The translations under genes and the position numbers were made by a program. A stretch of 64,000 bases of DNA. It comes from Selaginella moellendorffii (lineage: Eukaryota > Plantae > Lycopodiophyta). Below the pieces are notes generated by a model. The model searched no databases. It was not told the origin of the DNA and worked only from the letters and a program-made list of their open reading frames with translations. Within the stretch, counting starts at the first letter, position 1, and each line of letters starts with the position of its first letter. This document shows positions 20,825-33,827 of this stretch, piece after piece. Where the stretch lies: assembly GCF_000143415.4 (NCBI RefSeq), contig NW_003314295.1:1285923-1349922 (forward strand), in the 5' to 3' direction.

Positions 20825-22980
20825 TCAAGAGAGCTGGTGTTGGTTCTCTGTAAGAATCGTGGCTCGCAACTTCATGAGCAAGCGGCCCAGCTGGTTTTGT
20901 CCCGTGCCATCTTTGCCAGACCCCCAAAAGTAGTCATGCGGGGACGACTCGATCAGCACACAACCAGCTGTTGACAGCAGCAAACTTCGCAGCTGCGGGT
21001 AGGACGAAAACTTTGCAACCAGCGCTTCTTCCATCACGTCCATCTTGGAGTTTTCCCAGTCTGGCCTCACCTGCAAGAAGCTTTTGTTTTATAACCGAGA
21101 GAACAAAGCTTACCAGATCAGGACGTTCGCGAGCTAAGCGTCTTCCAATTCTAGCTGCTTCTTCTGGGCTTTCAGCATTTCTGATATTTTCTATAGCTTG
21201 CATTGCCAGTTCGTCCTCGACTCCACTAAACTTTTGTGCCTATGTGAAAGAAAGAAACCCGATCAACAAATTGCTAGTGAACGTCAAAGGAAAACCTGGT
21301 AGTAGTGCTCGACGCTTTTCCACGTCTCGCTAGAGCCAGGTAGCTTAATTGAGTGTGCTGTGAAGTTCGTAAAGGCACCGTATGGATCCCACGACTTGTA
21401 GAAGTAGATCACAGTGGAGCTTGAGAAAATTCCAGCGTCTGCAATCGAGGGATCGTCTGCATAGGCAGAAGCAGGTGATTTCATGCGCGGAATCGGCTTA
21501 AGGTATCCCGAAACCAACATGTCTGGGCCAACCTTCAGAAAGCTCGGAGTAAGGGGAAAAGAAAACGTTTTGATAAGAGCTTACTTGTTCGAAAGTCACG
21601 TCGAGCAGGTTTAAAGCTTGTGTCATTTCCACCATTCCCAACTCACCAACAGGCGTTGGAGCAGTCACTCCTCCAATGATTTTTGGAGCAACAAACGCAA
21701 TAACCTGCTCAAAAACAAGAGAACATGAAACAAAGAAACAAAAACGAAAGAAGCAAGATAGAAAAAAAATGCGGTTCACCTTGTGAATGATACCAGCAGC
21801 TAGTGCCGGAGCTGACAAAGCTCCTCCACATTCCCATAAAACCGAGAGGAATCCACGCTCGTAGCAGTAATCCATTACAGCTTTCGGTGTGAGAAAATCG
21901 AATTCCACCACCTCCACACCCCTCGCGACAAGCTCCCTCTGGAACTCTCTCCGAGCACCCCTTTGCGTCATAACAATCGTATGAGCATTTGAAACATCCC
22001 ACAAGTGGAGCTCCAAAGGCAAGTTCAGAGTTCTCGACATGACCACGCGAACTGGTAAGTGTCCGCCTTCTTGTCTGGTGGTCAGTCGCGGATCTGTAAC
22101 ACTTTAGACTTCATGCTCTTGTGTGCTAAAAAATTGAAAACCAGAATTCTGTATGCTTACTATCTCGACGTACGGTGTTTCCTCCGACGATGATCGCATC
22201 ACTTCGACCTCTCGTCTCGAAGACGCGCTGACGAGACATTTTGCTGCTCACCCAGGACGCATGGCCAGTACTGGCAGCAATCTTCCCTGCGAAGAAACAC
22301 GATTCTTAAGAGCGCTCGAAACGAAAGGAACTATACCATCCAGTGTCATTGCGTATTTCAATATCGAGAAAGGAACCCCATGCGTAGCTCTGTAAAGAAG
22401 AGGAGCATTTACCTCTTGGCAGGCTCTGAAAGCTTCCTAAACCGGACTATAGAGTTCTTCAGACAAACCAAGAACAGAGGAACAATACCTTAAACGTGCC
22501 ATCACCATGCTTCTCAAGAACATCCACGGGAATTCCCAAGCCGCGCAAAGCCGCGATCGCCTTCCCGGAGTGATGCTTTAGCGGGTGTTGCAATCCCACC
22601 ACGACTCTCGCCACTCCACTCTACACAAAGAAAGAAAATAGATCAAACTTGGGAGGAAGAACACACAAATAACTTCTTACCTGCTTGAGAGCTTTGATCG
22701 CCGTGTCATCGCCGTGACAATCCCCTGGCTCCAGATTGAGATACGCCGTGGCTCCTCGCGAGAGCTCTCCAGCCATCTCCACTGCCTGGATCTCCGCGCA
22801 GCGAGTGCCTTGGCCATAGAGAAAGGCTTCGCCCACCACTTTCTCGCTCCGGGCGATCACGCACGCGGAATTGGGATGCGGCGCAGTGTGGCCCGCCGAT
22901 CCATCGGCGAGCTCCGCGGCGCGCAGCATGTGGAACGAATCGAAGCCCGCATTGGATGGCGCCATCGCAAGGAAGGCCAT
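20825..22980 (-). CDS. PYRR: Riboflavin biosynthesis pyrimidine reductase PyrR with degenerate deaminase domain and C-terminal NADAR (YbiA/COG3236) N-glycosidase
   Basis: AGHTAPHPNSAC..AEIQA..ATAYLNLEPGDC, KYAMTLDGKIA, IIVGGNTVRRDNPRLT, LWECGGALSA, AFVAPKIIGG, then YGAFTNF..SVEHYYQAQKF..SPEEAARIGR..ESSPHDYFWGSG..GQNQLGRLLM. Confidence 0.95.
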
Positions 22981-23106
22981 CGCGAGGAACTAGGGTTTAT
23001 CAGGATCGTGGTCGTGACTATTTATAAACCATGCGCTAATTTTGCTGGAAATGGAATATTAGAATATTCTTTGAACAAAGCAAAACTTTGATGAATTGCG
23101 TGTAAA

Positions 23107-24636
23107 CTATCCTTCGCCTTCTTTCCAGTTTGGAATGTTTGCTGTGGCTTCGTTGATCATTCTCACGAGAGTTACCTGGCGCGCAAACAAGGAAAGAATT
23201 TCATATCTTTCGCAGTAGATCTGGATGCTTACCACACTCTCGTGAACTCCTTTCGGTGGCATTGTTAGATTTCTTGGTGGAGCGCCTTGTGTGTAAGATC
23301 TCTTGTCGAATCTCCATTCACCAAATTTACCAAACATGGGCTCTCCCTGGAACACAATCAATGTAAGGTCGAACAATCTCTCTTCTGCATCTAAGTAAAC
23401 GCCTACCTTGAGCGTGTAGTCGCAACCGTACGTGTAGTGTATGATGAACTTCTTTTCCAGCTTCGTGTCGTATGGAGGCTGGACGAGCAGTTTTGAGAGT
23501 ACTGCGGAGAAAAACTTGACAGAAAGTAGTTTTACCTGGAGCATGAAGTCTTTCCGGAGTACGTGCTGGACACCGTGCATTGCAGAAGCGACTGCATATC
23601 CATACCTGAGTTCCAAAAATCAAACGCTGAGTCGTGTGGAAACACTGATTGAATTGATACTTACATTTCGAGCACCCAACCGAAGTCCTTATCAGCTTGA
23701 GGATCGTTCTTCATCTCCAACGAAACATTCATCCACGTCGGAGCAATCTCTTTGAGAAGTGACTGCATCCAAAGAAGCTGTGAGACGACGAAAACGGAAC
23801 TACCTTGTGTACCTTCTTAATTATAACCGGGGAGTTACCTATAGGATCAATGTTAGTGATCGGTCCTTTGCTTTCAGGATACCATCTACGCAGGGTCTTC
23901 TGGAACTGTTTAGGATCAATGTAAAAGAATGGGAAGGCCGCGGGAAGTTCGCCAGTGGAAAGGTTTGGAATAGGCCGGATAATAATATGATCTGGCTCTG
24001 CCATAAATACATAGCTGCAAGCACACAAACCAAAATCAGTATTGAAAAAGAAAACAAAGTACACAAAATGCCTACTCCTCTTCGATCTCAACGTCCCGAA
24101 ACCATTGCACGAATGCCCATGGACGATTCAACACAACAAATCCCTGGACAAAAGAACGAAATGCTTGAGCAAAACTTACGAGGCAAAAGAAAAAAAAACG
24201 AAAACTCTACCTTGTCAGTTCCCTCGGGAAGTGGCTGGACAACATACGTAGGAATCTCGTCCATCAAGTGATCGGCCTTTCCTGTGTGGAGCAAGCGCGT
24301 AAATCCACCCATCTCCGACCCGGCCTTCTCCTTTTGCTGCTTATACCAGTAGTACATGACCCGGCTTTGCCAATTGTTGTAAGGGACGGAGCTAGCGGTC
24401 ATCACCGTGTGGAACATCCTCTTCTTCTTCTTCTTGGAGTTCTTGAAAGACCGGGGCATTTTGATCAAGGGATCGTAGGTGTCCACTCCACCCGCGGGAT
24501 TTCCATCCATGACGGACATGGCCTTTTGATCGCTCATCTCGCCGCGATGCTTGAAAACCATGGACACTGTGTTGTGCGTCGCGATGAACAGCGCCACCGT
24601 GATGAGAATTAGCAGTGGAAATGTAGCTCTGCCCAT
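23107..24636 (-). CDS. HPAT: Hydroxyproline O-arabinosyltransferase (GT95, HPAT/RDN1 family)
   Basis: N-terminal TM anchor, YNNWQSRVMYYWY, MGGFTRLLHTG..D.LMDEIPT, NRPWAFVQW, MAEPDHI, PIGNSPVII, FGWVLEMYGYAVASA, IIHYTYGCDY, GEWRFDKRSY, MINEATANIPNW. Confidence 0.95.
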
Positions 24637-25094
24637 GGCTGCCGCTGCCGATTGCCCTCCTCTTTCCAGATCAGGATCGCCGTAGGAGCCTGGGGATGAG
24701 AAAATTTGAGAAATTTCGATCGATCGGCCGATCGACGGAGCGCTGGATCTCAAATCCCTGCCTAGGGCTTAAGAGATCGCGTCGCGAGAGCGTACCTGGG
24801 AGAGAATCGCTGGGGAAAACCGCTGTGGGGCGGCGGCGGCATTCCAATCAGGGTTCTTGCTCGCTCTAGCTACTTTTTTTCTGGAAAACACTGGGTTGAG
24901 CACAAGTCAAATAAAAACGCCACGTCATATAAAGAATAGTGGGTATATTCTTTCTACAATGCATGACCATGCAAGAACAGTGTTGCAATTGCCTGTTTGA
25001 TGGCATTCGAGCAAAAGCTTGGCACTCTCGATTCCTATGGAAAAAGTATAAAATTCGATGGTTCCAATGTTTAAGAAAATTCAAGGGGAAAAGC

Positions 25095-26282
25095 TTACCA
25101 CTGAAATAATAGCCATTGTATCTTAGTCGACTAACTGGAGCCTAGGAAAATAAAAGAAGAATGAAGATAAGTAACTTTAAAAGAGCTCACCTTACCTTGA
25201 TTGCCTCAAACTCGGAGTCGCCTACTCCGATCGGGCAGTTCGAAAACGAGCCCTGGAAGTATTTCTTTTTCCACCACCTCGGGATCAGTGCCTCGTCGGG
25301 CTCTGGAATGGAGTTTCCAAACATTTTTCTCAAGACAGCCATCATCTCGGCTTTTGTGTGCTCGTCAGACTGCTGTTCGATACGCCGTGATTCGTCGGTG
25401 ACTTTCGCAAATATGATGTTCGATCCGGTGTATTCTTGCTCCAAGTGCTGCAATGTTTTTGGAAATCAACCTGCTTAAAGTAGGAAATGAAGACTAAGTT
25501 ACCTGCCAATGAGGATAGTAGCCCCTTCTCTCGTCGGCATAGATGAACACAGACGAGCTGTTATTGTTTGGCCAAAAGCTGTAAGGGAGCTTTAGAAACG
25601 TCTTCGTGTAGATTCCCAGATCAAACTAGTATCTGAACCAGAGTCGCTCGGCAGTTAAAATAGAGATATGGTTCATTGTTCATCTGTTTTGAAAGTCCGA
25701 TTTTGTTTGCAAACTCCCACAGATCTCTGGTATACTTCTTGAGCCTCAGAAGTTGGCAAACGACCCCTGAAAGAGCAAAAAAAAAAAAAACGTTAGGAAA
25801 GAGGAAAACGTTTGGAGCTCGAGAGAACAAAGGACCAAACGTACGAAACTTGTCAGTGTAGATGTTATCCGTGATGTTCCAGCCCGAGAAGAAAGTCCGC
25901 AAGTTATGAAGCCTTGCAAGCTCCCAGATGGGATTGTCTTGGCCCCATTGACACCCTCCACCCAGTTAGCTCCCAGCTCGACGTTAAAATTTCTGGGACC
26001 GCATTCTCACCCCAATCTTCTCCGTCGCCTCGAGAATCAGGAAATCCGTCACTCCGCTGTCCGCCAGCGTCTTGGCGGCCATAATTCCTAGCTCGATCCA
26101 AGAATGGGCAAGAATTTCAAGAAAAAACTAGCGAGATCGGAAGAACTTACCAGACATCGGCACCCGCAGCAAGCTCCTCCAGATCTCCCACCTCCGATGA
26201 CGATCACGGTGTGCGAGCTCACGATCTACGCGAAGATCATCGTCCAAAGGCACAGCGCTAGCAGCGCGACAAAAGCCGCCAT
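25095..26282 (-). pseudogene. Polyamine oxidase (secreted PAO type) pseudogene
   Basis: Signal peptide interrupted by in-frame TAG (MIFA*IV), VIVIGGG, AAKTLADSGVTDFLILEA, ELGANWVEGV, YTKTFLK.PYSFWP, YADERRGYYPHWQHLE, VTDESRRIEQQSD, IPRWW...GSFSN. Further stops/frameshifts and missing central and terminal exons. Confidence 0.85.
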
Positions 26283-26416
26283 GAGAGAGAGACAAGCCCT
26301 ACGCTCTCAACGAATATACCCGCAATTCAAAATTAGGTCTATTTGTTAATTTCAAAATCTTTTACCCTTTTTCGAAATAGCTGTACCTTTATAATGCCAT
26401 CATTTATTACATTAGG

Positions 26417-26546
26417 CACGTGGTATTTACAACGGGGACGACCATCCAAGCCGTCCAATGCTATGCGAAATCAGCCGTCAGATTTAGGCTATCTAGCAGG
26501 TCTACAGAGGAAAGTGCATTAAGTGCCACTAGGAGCGCGCCACGTG
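26417..26546. promoter_or_regulatory. Two G-boxes (CACGTG at 26417 and 26541) in the ELF3 promoter
   Basis: Exact hexamers within 190 bp of the ELF3 ATG. Confidence 0.45.
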
Positions 26547-26602
26547 TGTCGCTAGAAATATCCCGGTCCGCTTTCGCATTAGGGCAGAGTGGAGTGGATC
26601 CC

Positions 26603-28762
26603 ATGGAGGATAAGAATGCCCCTCCTGGAGGAGCTCTCTTCCCTCGTCTCCATGTCAAAGAGACAAAGAACGCGGGTCCTCGCGCTCCGCCCAGAAACAA
26701 AATGGCTCTTTACGAGCAATTCACAGTACCTTCTCACAGATGCCAGCAGCAGCAAAGCGATGGAGCTCCACCGCAGCCTTTTGTGCCTCAGGTTTGCAAA
26801 TTCGAGCCTATGATCTCGCCGGTGAGCTCTAGAAAGACTGAGGAGTTCTTCTTTTCTACAGGCACTCAATGGAGGCTACTATTTTCCTTACTACATGGTT
26901 CCTTCTCCGGTGGCTTTCCAGCCCATGAATGTTGTGCTGGGACAACATAGCCAGAGTGTTGCGAACGAGACTGAGCAAAGGGAGCTCCAGCAAGTTCCAG
27001 GTGACGGTAGTAGTAACAGGCAGCTTGCTCGAATTCCCTCTTTGCACTCGAGAGCTAGATCGGGCAAGACGAAGACTGGAGCTCCAAGGGTGGACGACGT
27101 TGCAGCGGTGCCAACGTATCCCTCGAAGCCTGCAGCAGTCCCCGCAAGATCTTCTAAACAGGAGCTCTTCGCTAGTGCTTCTGTGGCTCCCTCCAACGCG
27201 AGTACTAGCGCTACGAAGTCTCAGAGACAAGTTGAAGTTCGGGAGACAACGCAGGCGAGGAAAGATTCACGGCCGAGAAATAGAGCTCCTGGAGACTTGG
27301 GTGATCAAGAAAATGGAAGCGAAGTTCGTGTAATGGCGTCGTCATCACCCAGCCATAGCTACGAGAGCAACGAAGACAATGGGCGGATAGATAATCAGTC
27401 TGACGAGGAGCTTGAGGGGCGTGGTTCTCCAGAGGAAGTGGAAGCCAGTGACGATTCTGCGACTTCGGTTGTGGAAAACAATGCCGCTCCTTCAGCTATT
27501 ACTTCCAAGGAGATCATGTCTGCCGTTGGCGACGAGGAGTTTTGGAAAATGCGCAAGGCTATGCAAAGGTTAGTTTTTGCTGTCTCTCGGTATTTTTTTC
27601 TTCTTCTTTTTCTTTCCAAGTACCATTTTGTTTTGAACTTCTAGGCAGCAAACCATTTTTCAAAAGCAGCTGTTTGAATTGCATCGATTGACCAAGGTAA
27701 GCAAGCCTTGTAGAAAAAAAGAGCAGTCTTTGATGTGTTTTGCTTCTCTTTTTTCTTTTTCTTTTTCAGGTCCAGCATCTTATGGCAAACTCCAAGATAA
27801 GTGATCCTTCAAAAACACAAGACGAAAAAACTGACAAACGAGTCGGGAGCGAGCCGACTCACTGTGGCGAAGCTCCAAAAACTAGCAAGCCCGATCCAAA
27901 ACCCGACCAAGCTCCGGCTCCAAAAACTCCATCACAGACTCAACCTTTGTCAACAACACCTTACGACTATACCACTCATCCTCGACCCATCCAAGCCGCA
28001 AACACCATCAACTACGCAACTTACCACCCAGCTTACAACCAATGGTACGCTCCTCTACCGTTTCAGTTTCCATTCCAGCAAACTTTTCCAGTCACAGCGC
28101 AAGTTTTCAACACTCCATACTACCCAGCTCCGCTGTATGGCGGCGGCGCTGCTCCTCCATTTCTTCCTCCTCCTCCAGATCCAAGGCAGTTTATGTCTCC
28201 TCCAGTCCAGCTCCAGCCATGGCCGCAGCAGCCTCCTCCCGGAAGTTTATACTCGGATCCGGCTGCTCTCCAGTGGATGGGATTCGTAAATCCTCCCGGC
28301 GGAGCAACTTATCGTCCGCCAGCGGCGGAGTCGAGCTTGCAAGCTTCGTCGATCCACGACGATCACCAGTCTCGCAAGGATCGCGGCATCCATCTCCGCT
28401 CGCAAGGCTCCTCGTCGGGTTTTAGTCTCATCCAGCGAGCCGATAGCTCGTCTCCAGCTCCAGCTCCAGCTCCATCGCCAGCAGCAGAGAATCGCAGGCA
28501 GCAGCACCAAGAACCGAGGCAAAAGCTTGTGGGAAGGTTTTGCGGAGAGAATCAAAGCGGTGGCCAGAGCGAGCATGGAGTGTCTCCGTATTCTCGGCCT
28601 TCTGGATTCCAGAGCGTGAAGAACAGCAGCAGCAGCAGCAAAGAGCAGCGATCGAGCCAGGGATCGCACAAGGCGATCAAAGTTACTCCAAGAGCAGCTC
28701 CGGTCACTGCCGAGTCCGCTGCTGAGATTTTACACTCGATCCAGAAAGAGCGTCCTTCCTGA
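26603..28762 (+). CDS. ELF3: EARLY FLOWERING 3 (evening complex) homologue, 4 exons
   Basis: Block [27 protein letters not shown], block [40 protein letters not shown], Pro/Gln/Tyr-rich region, block IV AIKVTP....[16 protein letters not shown]. Confidence 0.93.
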
Positions 28763-28904
28763 CCGGTAAGTGAAGGTTCTCTTCTTTTTTTCTTGTGCAT
28801 TGTCTTTTCTTTTTTCTTGGCTTTCCTCTTCGTGGGTTTTTTCCCAGGCCTGTTGTAAATATATAATACAAAAGGTGTGGTGTTTCGAGCTGAAATTTTA
28901 GGTC

Positions 28905-29566
28905 ATGGAGGCTATGGCGGCCAATTTCCTTGCTGCTTCTTCCTCTTCCGGCCTCGGCGCCACAATCGCTTCCTCCAGGGCCACAGCCAGCGGCTCCAAT
29001 GCGGTAATCTCCATCTCTCCCAGGAAATCCTTGCGAGTGCCATGCATCGCCTCGCCGCGCCGCCAATTCGCAGCTGGAAGAACAGGGAGAGCCCTGATTT
29101 GCAGAGCATGTAAGTCGATCGAGCCCATGCGCGCATTCTTTCTCATGGATTTCCCGGATTGCCGCAGCGCTGACGCCCGAGCTGCGGGAATCGGTGGAGA
29201 AATTCGTCAAGGGGCACAAGGTCGTGCTCTTCATGAAGGGCACCAAGCTGTTCCCACAGTGTGGCTTCTCCAACACGGTCGTACAGATCCTCAATAACCT
29301 GGGCGTTCCGTACGAGACCGTGAATATCTTGGAGGACGATGGCCTCCGCCAGGGCCTCAAGGCCTACTCCAACTGGCCCACTTTTCCACAGCTCTACATC
29401 GATGGCGAGTTCTTTGGTGGCTGCGATATCACTCTCGGTAAGTTTAGCTATCTCCTCTCCATCGATCGATCAAGCTCAAGAATTCTCCTCGCTTTTCTCT
29501 TTTTTGCCAGAGGCCTTTCAATCCGGACAGCTTAAAGAGGTTGTGGAGAAGGCTATGTGTTCGTGA
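28905..29566 (+). CDS. Plastid monothiol CGFS glutaredoxin (GRXS14-like)
   Basis: Ser/Ala-rich transit peptide, [67 protein letters not shown]. Confidence 0.94.
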
Positions 29567-29660
29567 GAGTGAAAGGTTCTTATTACTTATTGGATCATTC
29601 TTTTTTCACTCTTTCTCTCGAGTCTTCTTTCTTTATAGATATGGTACGCGTTTGTGGCTC

Positions 29661-30987
29661 TTAAAAGTCGACTTTGTCGCTCCCGGGAGTCCAGTATTGG
29701 AAGGTGCCAGTGACAAAGCTGTAGTGGCCGCCGTGAAGAGCCAGCTTCTTCTCCTCCACCGCCGATTTAATCCAGGGAAAAGTCATGAGATTGCTGAGCG
29801 AAACGTTCACTGACTCCTGCCAAGAACAAAGAAGAAAAAAGCTTGCGAAAAAACCATCAAAGACTCTTTTTTATTTACCTTTTCACCGCAAGAGCATCGC
29901 TCGTCGATATCGTGCGAGTGGTTTTGGTTGGAATGAACAGGAGTTGAGATTTTAATCCAGTCCTGGATGTAGTCACTGCAGTAAACCGATTCAAATCCAT
30001 TCAGAAGATGGTCCAAACTCAAATGCTTGGCTTCGCTGGACTCGCTCCAAACTCAAATGCTACACGGAGTTCTAGCGATTCGCGAGCGAGGAATTTACGT
30101 TACCTCCATTTCTTCTCCGGGTCTGTGGTCAGCAGAGCCTTGATTCCTCCACACCGGCTGTGACCGATCACTAGGATATGCTCCACCTCCATGAAAGCGA
30201 AGGGTGATCAGATATTCTCAAACTTTAGAGAAAAAGGTCCAACTTTTCTTCTCCTAGTTTATATTATACCTTGAGGTGTAAAACTCCATATTCGAGAGCC
30301 GCGCTTGTGCTTGGAAATCCAGCCTGCGAAGAAAAGTCCTGAAATTTAGCGAAAAACGAAAGGAAGATCAAACGTTTCATAGCTGAGCTACCTCGCCACA
30401 CGCTGGGATCATGCTGGCGATGTTGCGAACGACGAATGCTTCGCCCGGCTGGAGCCCCAAGATCGTCGTCGGGCAAACTCGCGAATCGGAGCAAGCGAAG
30501 ATCATGAACTGCGCACGGGAAAAAAAAAATGGTTTTTTCTTGGTCCTTGCGAGATTATCCAATGTTCTTCTCTACCTTGGGTGATTGACCGGCTGAAAGT
30601 TTCTCGTAGAGCTTTGGATTTTTACTGCGAAAGGAGAAACGACATAAATCTCGAGAATGCGAGAAGCGTGACAATAAACGTACAGCCAGAAGTTGTTTTT
30701 GAACTTGAGAAATCCTTGCTTGATTCTTTCCTCCGCCGGAAGCTGGAGCGACAAATCCCCCAGTTTTTCTTCCGTGCTCGCATCGAGCTCCTTGGCGAGA
30801 TCCAAGAGCTTCTTAGCGGCAACCGGCTTGAGACGCGGATCCTCCCTGTTTAAACGGTTGAGAATTAAACAGTGGCAGAACAACCAAACACCAAGAAAAA
30901 CAAAGCATACGACCACACTCACTTGATCTTCTGGAGGAAGATCTCCTGCGCTTCTTCGAACGTTTCGATCGTTGAGACGGGCGCCAT
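29661..30987 (-). CDS. Beta-class carbonic anhydrase, multi-exon
   Basis: [78 protein letters not shown]. Confidence 0.94.
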
Positions 30988-31777
30988 TTCCCTCTGGAAT
31001 CCTCCCCCAAATTCGAGCAAAAACCGGCCAAATTGGGCGCGATCGCGAGCGAAAAACTTAAAACTGGAAGAACACGATCAAGTTCCAGCGCCATTTTAGG
31101 CCAAATCTCACCTCCTCCTTGAATCTCTCGAGGAATTGACGAGGTGGAGGGTCAAGAGTGGCTCCCGGCGCCTCGAAGAAGAATGGACCCCAAAGACCAC
31201 TTCACCGCTCTACCTCTTTTACCAAGGCCGACGAGGCGTGGAATATGCCGTTTTATACCTTTTACTTTTTTGTTTAGTTCTGGAATCATGTGATTTGGTT
31301 AAACGCTTGTGTGGTGCATAGCTGGTACAATGTAGCTAGTCAGAGTTTTAATATTTTTCTCGATAGTATATGATTTGACCACCACCTTATCTCCACAGTG
31401 GTAAAAGAAATTACGTAGCCTATAGTCTATTGTGTGATCCCAAACGAAAAGCTTTATATCCTTTTATCCACCTCAAGAAATGAGTGTTCTGGAAGGAATC
31501 GATCCATCTACAGCAGGTACTTCGTATACCAAACCAAAAGCTGGCAGATGGCACCATACAAGAGTTATAGGAGATAGCAGACTCTGAACAACTTTGATGC
31601 TGGGGGCTGGACTTGAACTCCCTATGCACAGAGCCCGTCGAGGACCCCAAATGTGAATATTCTCAAGAACAAAGGTTCAAGCTGCGTTGGCTATAACAAC
31701 TAGGATTCTTCCGAGTTACCACAAGGGATGGAATCACCTCATCGAGGAACTAGGATGACACACTAATCTTGAAATAT

Positions 31778-33490
31778 ATGGGACTAGGGCATCTTCTTCC
31801 TCTCATGGACTCTTGCAAGGATTTGGAGACGGCGAGGAAGATCCAGGCGATGCTTCGATCCGAGGACGATGTCTTCCTCCACAACCGGCTGATCGGAGTT
31901 TATGGGAGATGCGGCAGCGTGAGCGATGCCCGTGCGGTGTTTGACACGATCAGGCGCAAGGATTGCTATTCGTGGCACGCGATGATCACTGCCTATGCGC
32001 GGAGCGGCAATCCGGAGGCTGCCAGGCGGGTGTTCGATCAGATGCCTGTCTGGGACGTGGTGTCGTGGAATTCGATCTTGGGCGCGTTTGTCAGGGCGGG
32101 ATTTCTCGCCGAGGCGGAGAGGATCTTTGATTCCATGCCTGAGAGGAATCTTGTTTCGTGGAACTCCATTGCCGCTGCGCATGCCCAACAAGGGAACTGG
32201 TTGGATTCCAAGAGGATTTTTGATTCCATGCCAGGCAGGGACTTGGTTTCCTGGAACACCATGATCGATTGCTACACCCAAAATTCTCAATTGGCGAATG
32301 CAAAGATGGAGTTTGATCTGATGCCTGAGCGCAATCTTGTTTCCTGGAACGCGATTTTGTCTGCTTATACCCGTGATGGGCAAGTTGATATCGCAGAGGC
32401 GATTTTCAAAGAGATGCCGCAGCACGATCTTATCTCCTGGACCGTCTTGCTTGTATGTTTCTCTCAAAACAATAAGTTGACAGAAGCGAAGAAAGTTTTC
32501 GAGACGATTCCCGAGAGAGATTTAATTGCCTGGAACGCTCTTCTTTCTGCAAATGCCCTGAGCGGGCATCTGGAGGAAACATCTGCTCTGTTTAATAGTA
32601 TGAACGAAAAAGACGTAGTTTCGTGGACAATTATGGTCACGATGTTTGCTCAAAACTTTATTTTAGAGGAAGCGCTTATTATTTTTAACCAGATGCCAAT
32701 GAGAAACTTGGTCTCCTGGACATCTTTAATTTCAGCATACGCCATAAAAGGGTATCTTAGTGAAGCTAAGAATTTGTTTAATCAGCTGCCACAAAAAGAC
32801 CTCATAGCATGGAACACAATGCTAAATGCATACTACGTAAATGGTCTTATGCACGAACTGAAACAGTTTTTTGATCAAATTCCGGGGAAAAACTTAATTT
32901 CTTGGAACGCCGCACTGTCAGCATTTGCCGCCATTGGGCATTTGTATCAAGCGAAAAAGCTCTTTGAGACAATGCCCGAGAGAGATTCAGTATCCTGGTC
33001 TCTAATCTCACTTGCCTTCGCTCGCTGCCAACTTGACTCTAGTGCTGTTTTTGCATCAATGCAGCTGACCCATTTCCCGATTGACAGCTGCTTCAGCACT
33101 TTCATCGTAGCTTGCAGTGACTCCGGGAACATTCGCTGCGGCAAGGCGTGCTTCACGTCCATGATCGCAGATTTCGGCATCGATGCAACGAAACAGCTCT
33201 ACCTCTGTGTACTGAGCCTCCTGGCCCGTGCCGGATACCTGGAAGACGCGATTGAGCTGATCGAAACAATGCCCTTCGCAGCTGATGCTTTGGAATGGAC
33301 GTGCCTGTTGTCTTCGTGCAAGAGCCATGTCGATTTGGATCGTGGGAAAAACGCCGCCCAATTCATGCTAACTCGCGATTCTTCGTCCTCTTACGTACTA
33401 CTTAGCAATGTATATCGCTTGGATGCAAAGGAAAGCATTGCACGATCCACGAAACAAAAATCTCCAAAGATTCTGCATCCAACCTTATAG
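31778..33490 (+). CDS. PLS-class PPR protein with E-like domain, no DYW, intronless
   Basis: Tandem S-type repeats (MPERNLVSWN), then LLARAGYLEDA.ELI..MPF...W..LLSSC..H...SSYVLLSNVY. Confidence 0.92.
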   Translation: MGLGHLLPLMDSCKDLETARKIQAMLRSEDDVFLHNRLIGVYGRCGSVSDARAVFDTIRRKDCYSWHAMITAYARSGNPEAARRVFDQMPVWDVVSWNSILGAFVRAGFLAEAERIFDSMPERNLVSWNSIAAAHAQQGNWLDSKRIFDSMPGRDLVSWNTMIDCYTQNSQLANAKMEFDLMPERNLVSWNAILSAYTRDGQVDIAEAIFKEMPQHDLISWTVLLVCFSQNNKLTEAKKVFETIPERDLIAWNALLSANALSGHLEETSALFNSMNEKDVVSWTIMVTMFAQNFILEEALIIFNQMPMRNLVSWTSLISAYAIKGYLSEAKNLFNQLPQKDLIAWNTMLNAYYVNGLMHELKQFFDQIPGKNLISWNAALSAFAAIGHLYQAKKLFETMPERDSVSWSLISLAFARCQLDSSAVFASMQLTHFPIDSCFSTFIVACSDSGNIRCGKACFTSMIADFGIDATKQLYLCVLSLLARAGYLEDAIELIETMPFAADALEWTCLLSSCKSHVDLDRGKNAAQFMLTRDSSSSYVLLSNVYRLDAKESIARSTKQKSPKILHPTL

Positions 33491-33827
33491 TTTGGTAGCT
33501 CCAAACTTAGAGAAAAATGGAAATCCCAACTACAAGTCAATGCCGTAGTCAACCTTAGTCAAAGAGGGTCAAACACGACTGCATACGTGGGTAGCAAAGG
33601 AACGTCTCATCCGCGTGGCTTGCACGAGCACCATGCAGGCGATGCGTGGATAGCTCGGCCCCACGGCCACCTCAGCTGCCACCTCGGCCTGGCACGTCCA
33701 CGTAGATTATATGCCCGTGTATTTCTACCGTGAACTGCGGGGACTGAATCTCAGTGTTTATTCTATTTTCTCTCTTCCCTCTTTCGCTTTCTTGCTCACT
33801 CTCTTCTTTCTCAAGAAGAAGTCCTCA

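Noticed and set aside
20825-21480. NADAR/YbiA domain fused to PyrR as a novel fusion
   Set aside because: This fusion is the established architecture of plant PyrR.
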